Position numbers and translations under genes: made by a program
Shown here: positions 11,866-23,879 of the stretch, in pieces
Layout: every line of letters starts with the position of its first letter
Position numbering within the stretch: position 1 is the stretch's first letter
The notes under the pieces: model-generated
What the model saw: only the letters and a program-made list of their open reading frames with translations
Database searches by the model: none
Told to the model about the DNA's origin: nothing
Origin: Mobula hypostoma
Taxonomy: Eukaryota
DNA length: 64,000 nt
Reading direction: 5' to 3'
Assembly (NCBI RefSeq): GCF_963921235.1
Contig: NC_086097.1
Coordinates: forward strand, 9,610,001 to 9,674,000

Positions 11866-14540
11866 AGAAACATAGAAAACCTACAGCACAGTACAGGCCC
11901 TTGGCCCACAATACTGTCCCATACATGTCCTTACTTTAGAAATTACCGAGGGTTACACATAGCCCTCTATTTTAGTAAGTTCAATGTACCTATCCAGGAG
12001 CTTCTTAAAAGACCCTATTGTATCTGCCTCCATCGCTGTCAGCCCAGTCCATGCACTCACTACTCTCTGCATAAAAAACTTACCCCTGACATCTCCTCTG
12101 TATCTACTTCCAAGCACCTTAAAACTGTGCCCTCTCGTGGTAGCCATTTCAGCCCTGGGAAAAAGCCTCTGACTATCCACATGATCAATGCCTCTCATCA
12201 TCTTATACATCTCTATCAGGTCACCTCTCATCCTCCGTTGCTCCAAGGAGAAAAGTCGAGTTCACTAGGTTGAGTAAGGCATGTTCCGTAATCCAGGCAA
12301 CATCCATGTAAATCTCCTCTGCACCCTTTCTATAGTTTCCACATTTTTCCTGTAGTGAGGTGACCAGAATTGAGCACAGTACTCCAAGTGGAGTTTGAGC
12401 AGGGTCCTAAATAGTGCAACATTACCTCTCGACTCCTAAACCCAATCCCATGGTTGATGAAGGCCAATGCACTGCATGCCTTCTTAACCAGAGTCAACCA
12501 GCTTTGGGCATCCTATGGACTCGGACCCCAAGATCGCTCTGATTGTCCACACTGCCAAGAGTATTACCATTAATACTATATTCTGTCATCATATTTGACC
12601 TGCCAAAATGAACCACTTCACACATATTTGGGTTGAACTCCATCTGCCACTTCTCAGCCCAGATTTGCATCCTAGTCATGTCCCTCTGTAACCTCTGACA
12701 GCCCTCCACACTATTCACAACACCTCCAACATTTGTGTCATCAGCAAATTTACTAACCCATCCCTCCACTTCCTGAGCCAGGTCATTTATAAAAATCAAG
12801 AGAAGGAGTCCCAGAACAAATCCCTGAGGCACAACATTGGTCACCGGCCTCCGTGCAGCTTATGACCTATCTACAACCACTCTTTGCCTTCTGTAGGCAA
12901 GCCAATTCTGGATCCACAAATCAATATCCCCTTGGATCCCATGCCTCCTTACTTTCTCAATGAGCCTTGCATGGGGTACTTTATCAAATGTCTTACTGAA
13001 ATCCATATATGCTACATTTATTTCTCTATCTTCATCAATGTGTTTAGTCACATCCTCAAAAATTTCAATCAGGCTCGTAAGGCATGACCTGCCCTTGACA
13101 AAGCCATGCTGACTATTCCTAATCATATTATGCCTCTCCAAATGTTCATAAATCCTGTCTCTCAGGATCTTTTCCATCATCTTACCAACCACTGAAGTAA
13201 GAATCACTGGTCTATAATTTCCTGGGCTATCTCTGCTCCCTTTCCTGAATAAGGGAACAACATCCACAACCCTCCAATCCTCCGTAACCTCTCCCACACT
13301 CATTGATGATGAAAAGATCATCGCCAGAGGCTCAGCAATCTCCTCCCTCGCCTCCCACAGTAGCCAGGGGTACATTCAGTCCCTGAGACTTATCCAACTT
13401 GATGCTTTCCAGAAGCTCCAGCACATCTACTTTCTTGATGTCTATATGCTCAAGCTTTTCACTCCGCTTTAAGTCATCCCTACAATCGCCAAGATCCTTT
13501 TCTGTTGTGAATACTGAAGCAAAGTATTCATTAACTACCTCAGCTGTCTCCTCTATTTCCATACAAACTTTTCCACTGTCACTTGATTGGTCCAATTCTC
13601 TTATGTCTTATCCTCCTGCTCTTCACATACTTGTAGAATGCCTTGGGGTTTTCTTTAATCCTGCTCACCAAGGTCTACTCATGGCCCCTTCTGGCTCTCT
13701 TAATTTCATTCTTAAACTCCTTCTTCCTAGCCTTATAATCTTCTAGATCTCTATCATTAGCTAGTTTTTTGAACCTTTCATAAGCCCTTTTCTTCTTGAC
13801 TAGATTTACAACAGCCTTTGTACACCACAGTTCCTGTATCCTGCCATCCTTCCCCGTCTCATTGGAACGTACCTATGCAGAACTCCAAGCAAATATCCCC
13901 TGAACATTTGCCACATTTCTGACGTACATTTCTCTGAGAGCATCTGTTCCCAATTTATGCTTCCAAGTTCCTGCCTGATAGTTTCATATTTCCCCTTACT
14001 CCAATTAAATGCTTTCCCAACTTGTCTGTTCCTATCCCTCTCCACTATCACTATCTCCAAAAAGCTGTCCCACTGAGAGATACGACACCTGTTCAGATTC
14101 ATTTCCCAATACCAGATCAAGTACAGCCTCTCCTCCTGTAGGCTTATCTGCATATTATGTCAAGAAACCTTCCTGAACACACCTAACAAACTCCACCCCA
14201 TCTAAACCCCTCACTCTAGGGACATGCCAATCGATATCTGGGAAATTAAAATCTCCCACCATGACAACCTTATTATTATTATTACACCTTTCCAGGATCT
14301 GTCTCATTATCTGCTCCTCGATGTCCCTGTTACTATTGGGTGGTCTATAAAAACACGCTGTAGAGTTATTGACCCCTTCTTGGTCCTACCATCCACCCAT
14401 AGAGTCTCCGTAGACAATTCTTTCATGACTTCCTCCTTTTCTGCAGCCATGACACTATCTCTGATCAGCAGTGCCACGCCCCACCTCTTTTGCCTCCCTA
14501 CCTGTCCTTTCTGAAACATCTAAAGCTTGGCACTCTAAGT
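11866..14540 (-). mobile_element. CR1 LINE, decayed ORF2 (endonuclease to C-terminus)
   Basis: GVALLIRD (APE endonuclease), NYRPVILTSVVGK, DFSKTFDKVPH and KFADD; (ctatgttt)n tail. Confidence 0.93.
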
Positions 14541-14980
14541 CAGGAGTTCCCAACCTTTTCTGCACCATGGACCGGTTTAATATTGACAATATTTTGCGGA
14601 ATGGCCGCCGACCCGGGGTGGGGGGGGGGGCGGGGAGGGAAAGTTAATCACAACTGGAATATAGGTGATAAGTCAACTGCAAGTCACTTATAAGTGGCTA
14701 ATACACACAATTTCAATTCTAAAGAGGTTTATCTAAAGAATTTAATATTAAACACACAGTGCATATTTTCCTCGCATGAATATAGTGATAAGTCAATTAT
14801 AACAGCGGTCGCCAACCTCCGGGCCGTGGACTGATACATTGCCGCGAAAGAGTGCAGCGATGGATGGAACACACCCAGCACATCTTTAAGAAAAAAGCCG
14901 AAATAAACAAGCTAATTGATTAGGTGCCACCTGGCACATAAATGTCGGCCCAGATCAGAGGCGATTGCCGATTGCGCCCG
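14541..14980. mobile_element. One-ended Charlie-like hAT MITE
   Basis: CAGGAGTTCCCAACC... is the reverse complement of the right end of 2063-2826; second TIR-like CAGCGGTCGCCAACC at 14803. Confidence 0.65.
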
Positions 14981-17266
14981 GAGTGTGCAATAGGCATACA
15001 TTCTAAACACACACAAAAAAAAATCCTCCCATCTTTGGCCATCCTAGTATCCTATTCCTGTTTATCCATCACATCCTATAAAAAAACCCTGTACTCCTTA
15101 AGTAAGCTAAAAATACCCTAACCTGTGCTCTCTCACCCATGCCCAGCAACCCCTTTAATGTGAATTCCTGCACCCCCAATTCCCTTAGATTAATTCTCAT
15201 CATCTCTCCCTGTATCCCATACTTCCTGCAACTCAGAACTACATGTTCTACTGACTCCTCTTCCTGACATTCCTCACACAATCCTGTCTGGTGTTTACCT
15301 ATCATTTTCAATGTTTTGTTTAATGCACAGTGCCCTAGCCTTAACCTAGTCCACACAATTTCCTCTCTTCTGTTTCCATTACCTACCCTAGTAACTGCAA
15401 CACTCTTTTGTATTTGATATAAATAAATGCCTCCTTTTCCCCTCCCTGTCCCATTTTTCTTGCCACATTTGGTTGATTTTTTTCCCAGATTACACACTTA
15501 ACCTCTGCTTTACTGATAGTTATGTGCATTTCCACATTTTCTTTCTTTAATGCCCTCTTTGTCAACTCATCCACCCTCTCATTCCCCTTCACCCCTACAT
15601 GTGCTGGAACCCATAGAAATTTTACCTGACCTCCCTGATGTGCAATTCTTGTACTTTATGAAGTCCTTCAGTTAGTTGCATCTTGCCAACTGTTTGTGTG
15701 AAAAGACCTTAAATTTGCTAGAACTGAGGATGAATCTGAACATATCAATGCTTTGACTTGTCTGGCTTTCTGCACCCATTGCAACGCAACCAACACTGCC
15801 AGCATCTCCACTGTAAACACCCCTAACTTATTAGATGTTCTTCTGCTGATTCCAATTTCTTTTGCTGGTATTACCACCCCAAAACCCTGTCACTCCTGTT
15901 TCAGGTTCCTTCGCACCATCCGTATAAACGTGAGTATAATCACTATACTTTTCCATCACATGACAGTTAAATGCATTTACCAAATCAGTTTTATATCTTC
16001 CTTACCTTTTTACCTCTAACAAATGCCAGTCTATGTCAGGCCATACAAGATTCCATGGAGCTACAACTGGATAAACTACTGAAGGACTTATCCTCAGATC
16101 AAACACTCCACATTCTTTCACGATATCATTCCCTACCCGACTAAAGGTATCCCTCTGAAACCTCCCATTTTCCCAGCACTCCTGTAACACTCCTTTTGCA
16201 GGGTGAGAGTCATTGTGCCCCTGCAAGTTAGCCCAGTAGTTTGCCATCAGTTGCATCCTTTTTAGTTCCAAAGGCATTACTCCCATTTCTACATGTTGGG
16301 CTGACACTGGTGACATTTTAAAAGCCCCACTACACACTCTCAAAGCCTGAGCCTGAATCACATCCAGTTTCCTTATAAGAGACCTAGCCGCTGATCCATA
16401 TGCTATATTTCCATAGTCCAACACAGATCTTACTAAAGCCACATATATTCTCTTCAACGCTGGACATCTTGCTCCCCATTCCCTACCAGTCAAACATCTC
16501 ATCACATTTATTACTTTCTTACATTTCTCCTCAACTTTCCTGATATGGTCTGCCCATGTTAATCGTGAATCAAATATAACTCCCAGAAATTTAGATGATC
16601 CAACCCTTTCTAATTCAATCCCATACATCCTTAACTTCTTCCCTACCTCAATTCTTTTCCTGATAAAAAACACAGTTTGAGTTTTTTCTACTGAAAATCT
16701 ACACCCCCAATCATAACCCACTACACCACTTCATCAATTGCTCCTTGTAGTTTCCTGATTATATGCTCCGTGTTCCTGCCTCTTTTCCACAAGGCCCCAT
16801 CATCCACAAACAGTGACCTACCTATATCCACTGGTACCTTTGTGAAGATATCATTGATCATAATGATGAAAAGTAACAGGCTGATCACACTACCTTGAGG
16901 TGTGCCATTTCCCACTATGTACTGTTTTGATAATTCTGACCCAATCCAAACTTGAATTTTTCTACAAAACAAAAAATCTTTAATCCAATTAAAAACTCTC
17001 CCACCAACCCCCATCTTGTGCAATTTTAATTAATAATCCTTCCTTCCACATCATATCATAGGCTTTTTCAATGTCAAAATATACTGCAGCTACCAATTCT
17101 TTATTTGCCTGGGCCTTCCTTATTTCAGTCTCTACCCTTATCACTGAGTCCATGGAATTCCTTCCCTTTCTAAAACCACTCTGATAACTTGCCAGCATTC
17201 CCCACTTCTCAAGCTCATACAATAACCTTTCTGTTATCATCCTTTCCATTATTTTACATATATTAA
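14981..17266 (-). mobile_element. I-clade (Nimb/Loa-like) LINE with RT, RNase H and C-terminal CCHC; decayed and 5'-truncated
   Basis: QSGFRKGR, FDIEKAYD, GTPQGSVIS and LFVDD (RT); VYTDGAK, E, SDS and WVPAHVG..GNE..D (RNase H); TRLRLGH...CEEC...ESVEHVVLSC. Confidence 0.88.
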
Positions 17267-17446
17267 CCCCCAAAGCCTGTGTCTTGTTTTACAGCAGTTG
17301 GCATCCAGCTTAATGGTACATTACCACTACCCCCAAAGCCTTGGTAACCTGAGGCTTATAACTGCTAAGCCCCTCCCCCTAGACCAACCAAAGGCTAATT
17401 AACTCAATTATCCAATTAAAGATGGTATCCTCCACCATCAGCATAC

Positions 17447-17628
17447 CTGTGCAGGCTGCTGCTGCCTCTATTTGAGACAGCTCCATGCAGCAGCTCTGTT
17501 TCAGACCCAGTCACTATTACTGCTGGGGGTGAGTGTTTTACTGAGTGCGCCATGTGCCGTCTGTAGTCAGTAACGGGCCTTCGTCCCACTTCCATTTCCA
17601 ACATCATATCGCTGCGAAGCGGAGTTTT
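17447..17628 (-). other. Candidate host-gene exon
   Basis: Non-repetitive and CpG-retaining; acceptor ttttcattgcattcattgcag, donor CAG|GTATG; frame 0 open (KTPLRSDMMLEMEVGRRPVTDYRRH...). Confidence 0.45.
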
Positions 17629-18297
17629 CTGCAATGAATGCAATGAAAACTAAATTGCGGAATGGTCAATTTAAATGCCGGCCCAGATAGACTGAAAAGA
17701 CAGGGTGTCGGCTGGGATGAGAGCCGATTTTGCTTGTTCTCTACAATGGTCATTTCCGTGGCATTCAAGCTATGAGGACTGCCCTGTTTGCTGTGCTCTG
17801 TACCCGCTAATATGATGAAATGATTCGTGAGGATTTTGGCCAACTCGGGGCTGCTCCGGGATTCTGAGAACTCAATTCTGGTTCATAATGCTGCTGTACA
17901 CTTCAGTTGTTTGCATGATTCGTATTTTTTTTCTTTCTCTTGCACATCGAGTGTTGGTTTTATATTTTTATTCTTTTATTCTTTTTTTTCTTTAATTGGG
18001 TTCTTTTGGGGTTCTTGTTTTGTGAGCAAGTAAATTCCAATGTTGTATAACTTATACCTTGTTTGATGATAAATGTAGTTGAAACTTGAATCTAATAAAG
18101 TGGCCACTGAATGTGAGTCTGTGACATTACACCTGATTCTGAATTCTGATTCAGAAACCATTCTATTCAATGATTATTTTACCCGTTGTAGGATGTTAAC
18201 ACCAGCCAATCACTTTGGTGAAGGAAATCTTCAGCTGCAGTTTCAGCAGTGTTTTCCACAAATTCATTCCAACCGCCATCCTTTTTGTGTTGCTTAC

Positions 18298-18406
18298 TTC
18301 TGTTGTGACTGCAAATAAGTCGCGGGAGACCAGAGACTGACAGATGAAGAAGGTCTTGATTCATCATGGCAAGCAGTCATCGTCTTGAAGACTCTCTCAG
18401 TGAAAT
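18298..18406 (-). other. Candidate host-gene exon (alternative acceptor gives 18298-18336)
   Basis: Donor AA|GTAAGC; acceptor ctttgtgttttgaaag or cttcttcatctgtcag; open frames FTERVFKTMTACHDESRPSSSVSLWSPATYLQSQQ or SLVSRDLFAVTTE. Confidence 0.45.
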
Positions 18407-18999
18407 CTTTCAAAACACAAAGTGCATCAAGCTTCACACGTTCATGAAAAAGGTAACAGCAGGTGATTCAATATAAATTTAGTAACTACAATGACATTAT
18501 TTACTCCAATATTTTGAGTCTGGCATGTGATTGAACTGATTTGTACATTAATATATATAAATTTATTTATTGTAATTTATATATTTTTGTTATGCATTGC
18601 ATTGCTTCCACAAAACAACAAATTTCTTGCCGTTTGTCAGCGATATCAAAGCTTTTTCTAATTCTGGTTCTGATTCCTTCTCATTGTTTATATTTCTAAT
18701 CTGCAAATTTATACAGGTTTAAAATTAATACTATAGATTTAGTCACTTTAGTTTAGCCTTTTTTATATATTCCATGTTTCCATATCTGACATGCCTTTAT
18801 TCAGCTCTTCTTGTCGTCTTTCCAACTTTTGTGTATATTGATTGACTCAAGAGGCATTGGCAAGTGACGGTAAAGGCATCTACACCTGATCACGCAACAC
18901 AATCTCTTTAGTCAGGAAAACACAGCAGTGTATCCACTTGACTGGGGTGAGTGATTCTGCCCCTCACTCCCAAACACTACTATTCTAAGTGATTTTTAC

Positions 19000-20590
19000 A
19001 AGAGCAGTTTTGAGAGTCCAGGTGTGGTATTACTGTCTGGTGTGGGAATTGCACAGCATCTGACCGCAAGACCCTACGAAGATTGTGAAGATGCTGAGAT
19101 AATCATCAGGGTCTCTCTTAGAGTCATAGAAAAGTAACGCACAGAGACTGGCCCTTTGGACTATCTAATAGGCAGTTTGAACTTCCATTAACTGCCTATT
19201 TCCATTGACCTGCACCGGGACCATAGACCTCTACAGCCTTACCATGCATGTACCTATCCAAATTTCTCTTAAACATTGAAATCGAGCTTGCCTGCATCAC
19301 TTCCCACTTGTTCTGGCAACTCGTCCACATTCTCTCTATCCTCTGTGAAGGTATTTTCCCTCATGCTCCCTTAAACTTTTCACCTTTAACCCTTAACTCA
19401 TGACCTCTGGTTGCAGTCCTACCCAACATCAGTGGAAAAGGCCCATTTGAATTTACCATCTCTATACCCCTCATGATTCTGTATACCTCTATCAAATCTC
19501 CTGTCAATCATTTATGGTCCAGGGAATATAGTCCTAACCTAATCTTTCTATATAGCAGAGACCCTCCGGATCCAGCAACATCATTGTAAATATTCTCCTC
19601 CCATCCATGATATTTATCTGGAGCACTGCATGCGTAGGGACTTTAACACTGCCAGTGATCCCTTCCATCCGTCCAACAGGCAGGTGGTACTGTAGCAGTA
19701 GGACAAGGACTGTTTGGCTGGGAAGCAGCTTCTTCCCCAAGTCATAAGACAACTGAACTCATTGCTACCACCTAGGTCTCATCACATATGAAGGCCCAGT
19801 AGTGCTATATTGTTTGTTTTTTAAACTTGTGTCATAAATGCTCCTTACTACTTGTATATTTATTTGTGGTAATATTACTTTATATGCTGTGTGTGAGTTA
19901 TATGTACTATTTGTGAACCTCAAGAGCTGTGAGGTGATGTTACAGCTATATAAGACCTTAGTTAGACCCGACTTGGAGTACTGTGTTCAGTTCTGGGCAC
20001 CTCATTACAGGAAGGATGTTTATACTATAGAGAGAGCACAGAGGTGATTTACAAGGATGTTGCCTGGATTGGAGAGTGTGCTCTATGGGAATAGGTTGAA
20101 TGAACTTGGCCTTTTCTCCTTGGAGCGACAGATGATGAGAGGTGACCTGATTGAGGTGTATAAGATGATGAGAGGCATTGATCGTGTAGATAGTCAGAGG
20201 CTTTTTCCCAGGGCTGAAATGGCTAACATGAGAGGGCACAGTTTTAAGCTGCTTGGAAGTAGGTAGAAGGGGGATGTCAGAGGTAAGCTTTTCACACAGA
20301 GAGTGGTGGGTGTGTGGAATGCACTGCCAACGAAGATGGTAGAGGCAGATCCAAAAGGGACTTTTAGGAGCTTCTTAGATAGCTACATGGAGCTTAGAAA
20401 AATAGAGGGCTCTGTAGTGGGGAAATTCTAGGCAGCTTCTAGAGTGGGTTACATGGTTGGCACAATATTGTGGGCCGAAGGGCCTGTAATCTACCGTAGC
20501 TATTCTATGTTCTATGTTCTTAGTCCAGAGGAACATTGTTTCGTTTGGCTGTATACTTGTATATGGTTGAATGATATTAAACCTGAACTT
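19000..20590 (+). mobile_element. Old Rex-type 3' fragment carrying two CR1 insertions (about 19120-19590 minus; about 19915-20520 plus)
   Basis: ITVWCGNCTA-like segment and ttgaac tail; CR1 peptides LVRPDLEYCVQFWAP and RGDLIEVYK. Confidence 0.7.
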
Positions 20591-20749
20591 GTACATACTG
20601 TATCAAATACATTTGAAAAGGAACATGAGCCAGTTAATATTATTTCTATATTTAAAACAGCTTAAGCACTTGCAATGGTGTTCATCTCCAAGTGTCAAGT
20701 GGAAGATCTAACGGGTTTCACTCTGAGACCTCTAGCATCACAAAAACCA

Positions 20750-21205
20750 GCCTTCACATGTTGTGAAATAAGTTGTTTTGTGGCAGCAGTACCTTGCAAC
20801 ACATAATTATAAAAAACTATAAATTACATAAGAACTATATATATAAAAAGAAGAAAATTAAGTTAAATAAGTAATGCAAAAAAAAAAGAGGAAAAAGTAC
20901 TGAGGTAGTACATGGGTTCATTGTCCATTCAGAAATCTGATGATGGAGGGGAAGAAGATGCTCCTGAAATGTTGAGTGTGTGGCTTCAAGCTCCTGTACC
21001 TCCTCCCAGATGGTACCCATTGTCCTGGGTGATACGAGTCCTTAATAATGGATGCTGTCTTTATGAGGCCTCATTTTTTGAAGGTGTCTTGGATGTTGGG
21101 GAGGCTAGTGCCCTTGATGGATCTGGCTGAGATTGCAAAATTCTGTCTCTTTTTCCACTCCTGTGCTGTGGCCCCTCCATACCAGAAAGTGATAAAACCA
21201 GTTAA
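20750..21205 (-). mobile_element. Rex1/Babar 3' fragment
   Basis: Reverse complement of the Rex 3' ORF end and UTR seen at 23215-23850. Confidence 0.65.
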
Positions 21206-21888
21206 ATAGTCCTAATAGAGAAAGTTACAGATAGACTTGATGCAATTTTACCATTTTGTTATCCATTTTAGAAGGACTGATATTTGATATCCAATTTGGA
21301 AGTATTAAAACAGAGATCAAAACCAGGAAGTTATGTTGAGTCTTTACAAAATGGAGGTTCTCCATTGCAGTCAAACCAGGAAAGCAACTCACAATCACCT
21401 GGTGCCCAAAGGATGAGCAATAGATGTCACCAATGATGAACAGATCCTTTTAATTGATTAGAAAAAGGAAGATGGAACGAGTACCTAAAACAACTAACCA
21501 TATAACCTAAACTTGTTGGTAAGCCAGATAATATATTAGCTTAAGGATAAAATGAAAAAAACCTCATAGTTAGAAATATATTGAATGAAATCTGGCGCTG
21601 ATTTCAAAAGCAAAGGTATTACTTGATTAAGTGTAATGAGTTATTCAGAAAGAAAGGTAAAAGGTAATGCAATTGATGTTGTCTTTGGGTGATGTAAGTG
21701 TCTGCTTGGAAGTATACTAATCATAGTTGCACAAAGATAAGTGTTGGGACCATTTTTCTTTGTAATTTCTTTTTAAAAATTTGGACGTAATAATCAGAAG
21801 AGCAATTTTTAATCTTTGGAGTGCACCAAACAAAGGAGTGTAATTAATGCCAGAGGATTTTGTGATAAAATACCAGCAAATATTAATG

Positions 21889-22078
21889 CAAACAACAGGA
21901 ATTCTGCAGATGCTGGAAATTCAAGCAACACACATAAACGTTGCTGGTGAACACAGCAGGCCAGGCGGCATCTACAGGAAGAGTTCTCGACGAAGGGTCT
22001 CGGCCTGAAACGTCGACTGCACCTCTTCCTAGAGATGCCGCCTGGCCTGCTGCATTCACCAGCAACTTTTGTGTGTTG
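21889..22078. mobile_element. Fold-back mini-insertion made of two inverted PLE termini
   Basis: Inverted arms about 21927-21983 / 22023-22078; exact 14-bp TSD agcaaatattaatg (21875-21888 / 22079-22092). Confidence 0.85.
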
Positions 22079-22119
22079 AGCAAATATTAATGTACAGAAT
22101 TGACATTGATTTGGTAAAT

Positions 22120-22950
22120 TAATCAGAATCAGGTTTAATCTCATTGGCATATGTCCTGAAATTTGTTGTTAATGGGCAGCAGTACATTGCAGTACATAAT
22201 ATAAATTACTAAAATTAAATATTAATTACATAATATTAAATATAAATATAACTGTAAATTACAGTATGAAGTATATATATGTTAAATTAAATTAGTACAA
22301 AAAGAGAAAAGAAGAAAAAGGAGAGAGGTAGTGTTCATGGGTTCAATGTCCATTTAGATATATGATGGCAGAGGGGAAGAAGCTGTTCCTGACTCATTGA
22401 GTGTTGTCTTCAGACTCCTGTACCTTTTTCCTGATGATAGAAATTTCAATTTATTTGAAATTTGATTTATTAATTTCAATATAATCAATTTTTTGAAAAT
22501 ACCCAAATAGCTAGAGAGGCAAACTTGGTTTGAGGTACTGATAAATTAAAAAAACTGAAAAATTGGAACTATAATTTCGGAGAGGTTGAGAAAAGCAAAC
22601 CACATTATATTTAATTTTGTAAGGTTGGAAATGTAAAGACAGTGCGTCATATCATGCATATAGTGACAGTACTTACATTACTGTGTGAAATGATAGTCTC
22701 CACATTGTAAAAATTTCTACAAGTAGAGATGAAGGAGCAAGAGAGGACTTATATAAGAATACAAGAAACGGAATGCACTGTCAGTGATGATAGTAGAGAG
22801 GAATACAATAGGGTATTTTAAGAGAGCTTAGAAAAATAGAGGGCTATGCATTAGGGAAATTCTAGGCAGTTTCTAGAGTAGTTTAAGTAGTCGACACAAC
22901 ATTGTGGGTCAAAGGGCCTGTAATGTGTTGTAGATTTCCGTGTTTTATAT
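22120..22950. mobile_element. Rex 3' UTR (minus, about 22120-22440) and CR1 3' end (plus, about 22770-22950)
   Basis: Similarity to other copies in the window. Confidence 0.55.
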
Positions 22951-23214
22951 ATAAAAAAAGACGCAAGCACCATAGCTGGTCTTGTACCTGAATGTTTCTT
23001 TGTAAAGACGATGTTCGATCTATCAGGGAAGTCTGAACAGACTAGGACTCTTTTCCAGTGAAAAACAAATAAGCAGAGACGTGAGCTGGCGTTGATTTAA
23101 ATTAATGAAGCAGACTAGGCAGGATAGACAGAACAAAGACGTCTTTTTTAATATGGACCTTCACAAAGCAGGGGAGACACACATATTAGTGAGTCATGGA
23201 CAAATATTTGCAAG

Positions 23215-23850
23215 GTCTGGAAATGGTGAGCTGTTTCAAGTTTCTGAGTGTCAACATCTCTGAAGATCTATCTTGGGCCAAATATATTGATGCAATTACG
23301 GAGAAGGCACAACAGCGGTTATATTTTCTTAGAAGTTTGAGGAGATTTGGTATGTCACCAAAGACCTATGCAAATTTCTACAGATGCACTGTGGAGAGCA
23401 TTATAACTGGCTGCATCTCCGTCTGGTGCAGAGGGCCCACTGCGCAGAATTGAAAAAAGCTGCAGAGGTTTGCAGACCATCACGTATACGAGCCTCCCCA
23501 GCATTGAGGACATCTTCAAAAGCTGATACTTCAATCCAGTGACATCCACCATTAAGAACCCCCATCTCTACTCATAACTACCGTCACAGAAGAGGTACAG
23601 CAACCTAAAGGCAGGCATTCAATAATTTAGAAACTGTTTCTTTCCCTTTGCCTTCTGACTTCTGAACAGACAATGAAACAAACTATGAAGACTACCTCCC
23701 TATTTTTACTCTCCTCCTCAACAGTTTAGTTCTTCTATTTTTCAATATAAATTCCCGACAGTAATTTATAGTATTTTTATGTATTGTGCTGTTCTGCTGC
23801 CACAAAACAAAAAAAAATTCAATATGTCAGTGAGATTAAACCCGATTCTG
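23215..23850 (+). mobile_element. Rex1/Babar 3' fragment
   Basis: KAQQRLYFLRSLRRFGMS...ESIITGCISVW; (gattct)n tail. Confidence 0.8.
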
Positions 23851-23879
23851 AGTTGTTAGTAAACCATTAGTAAATGGTT

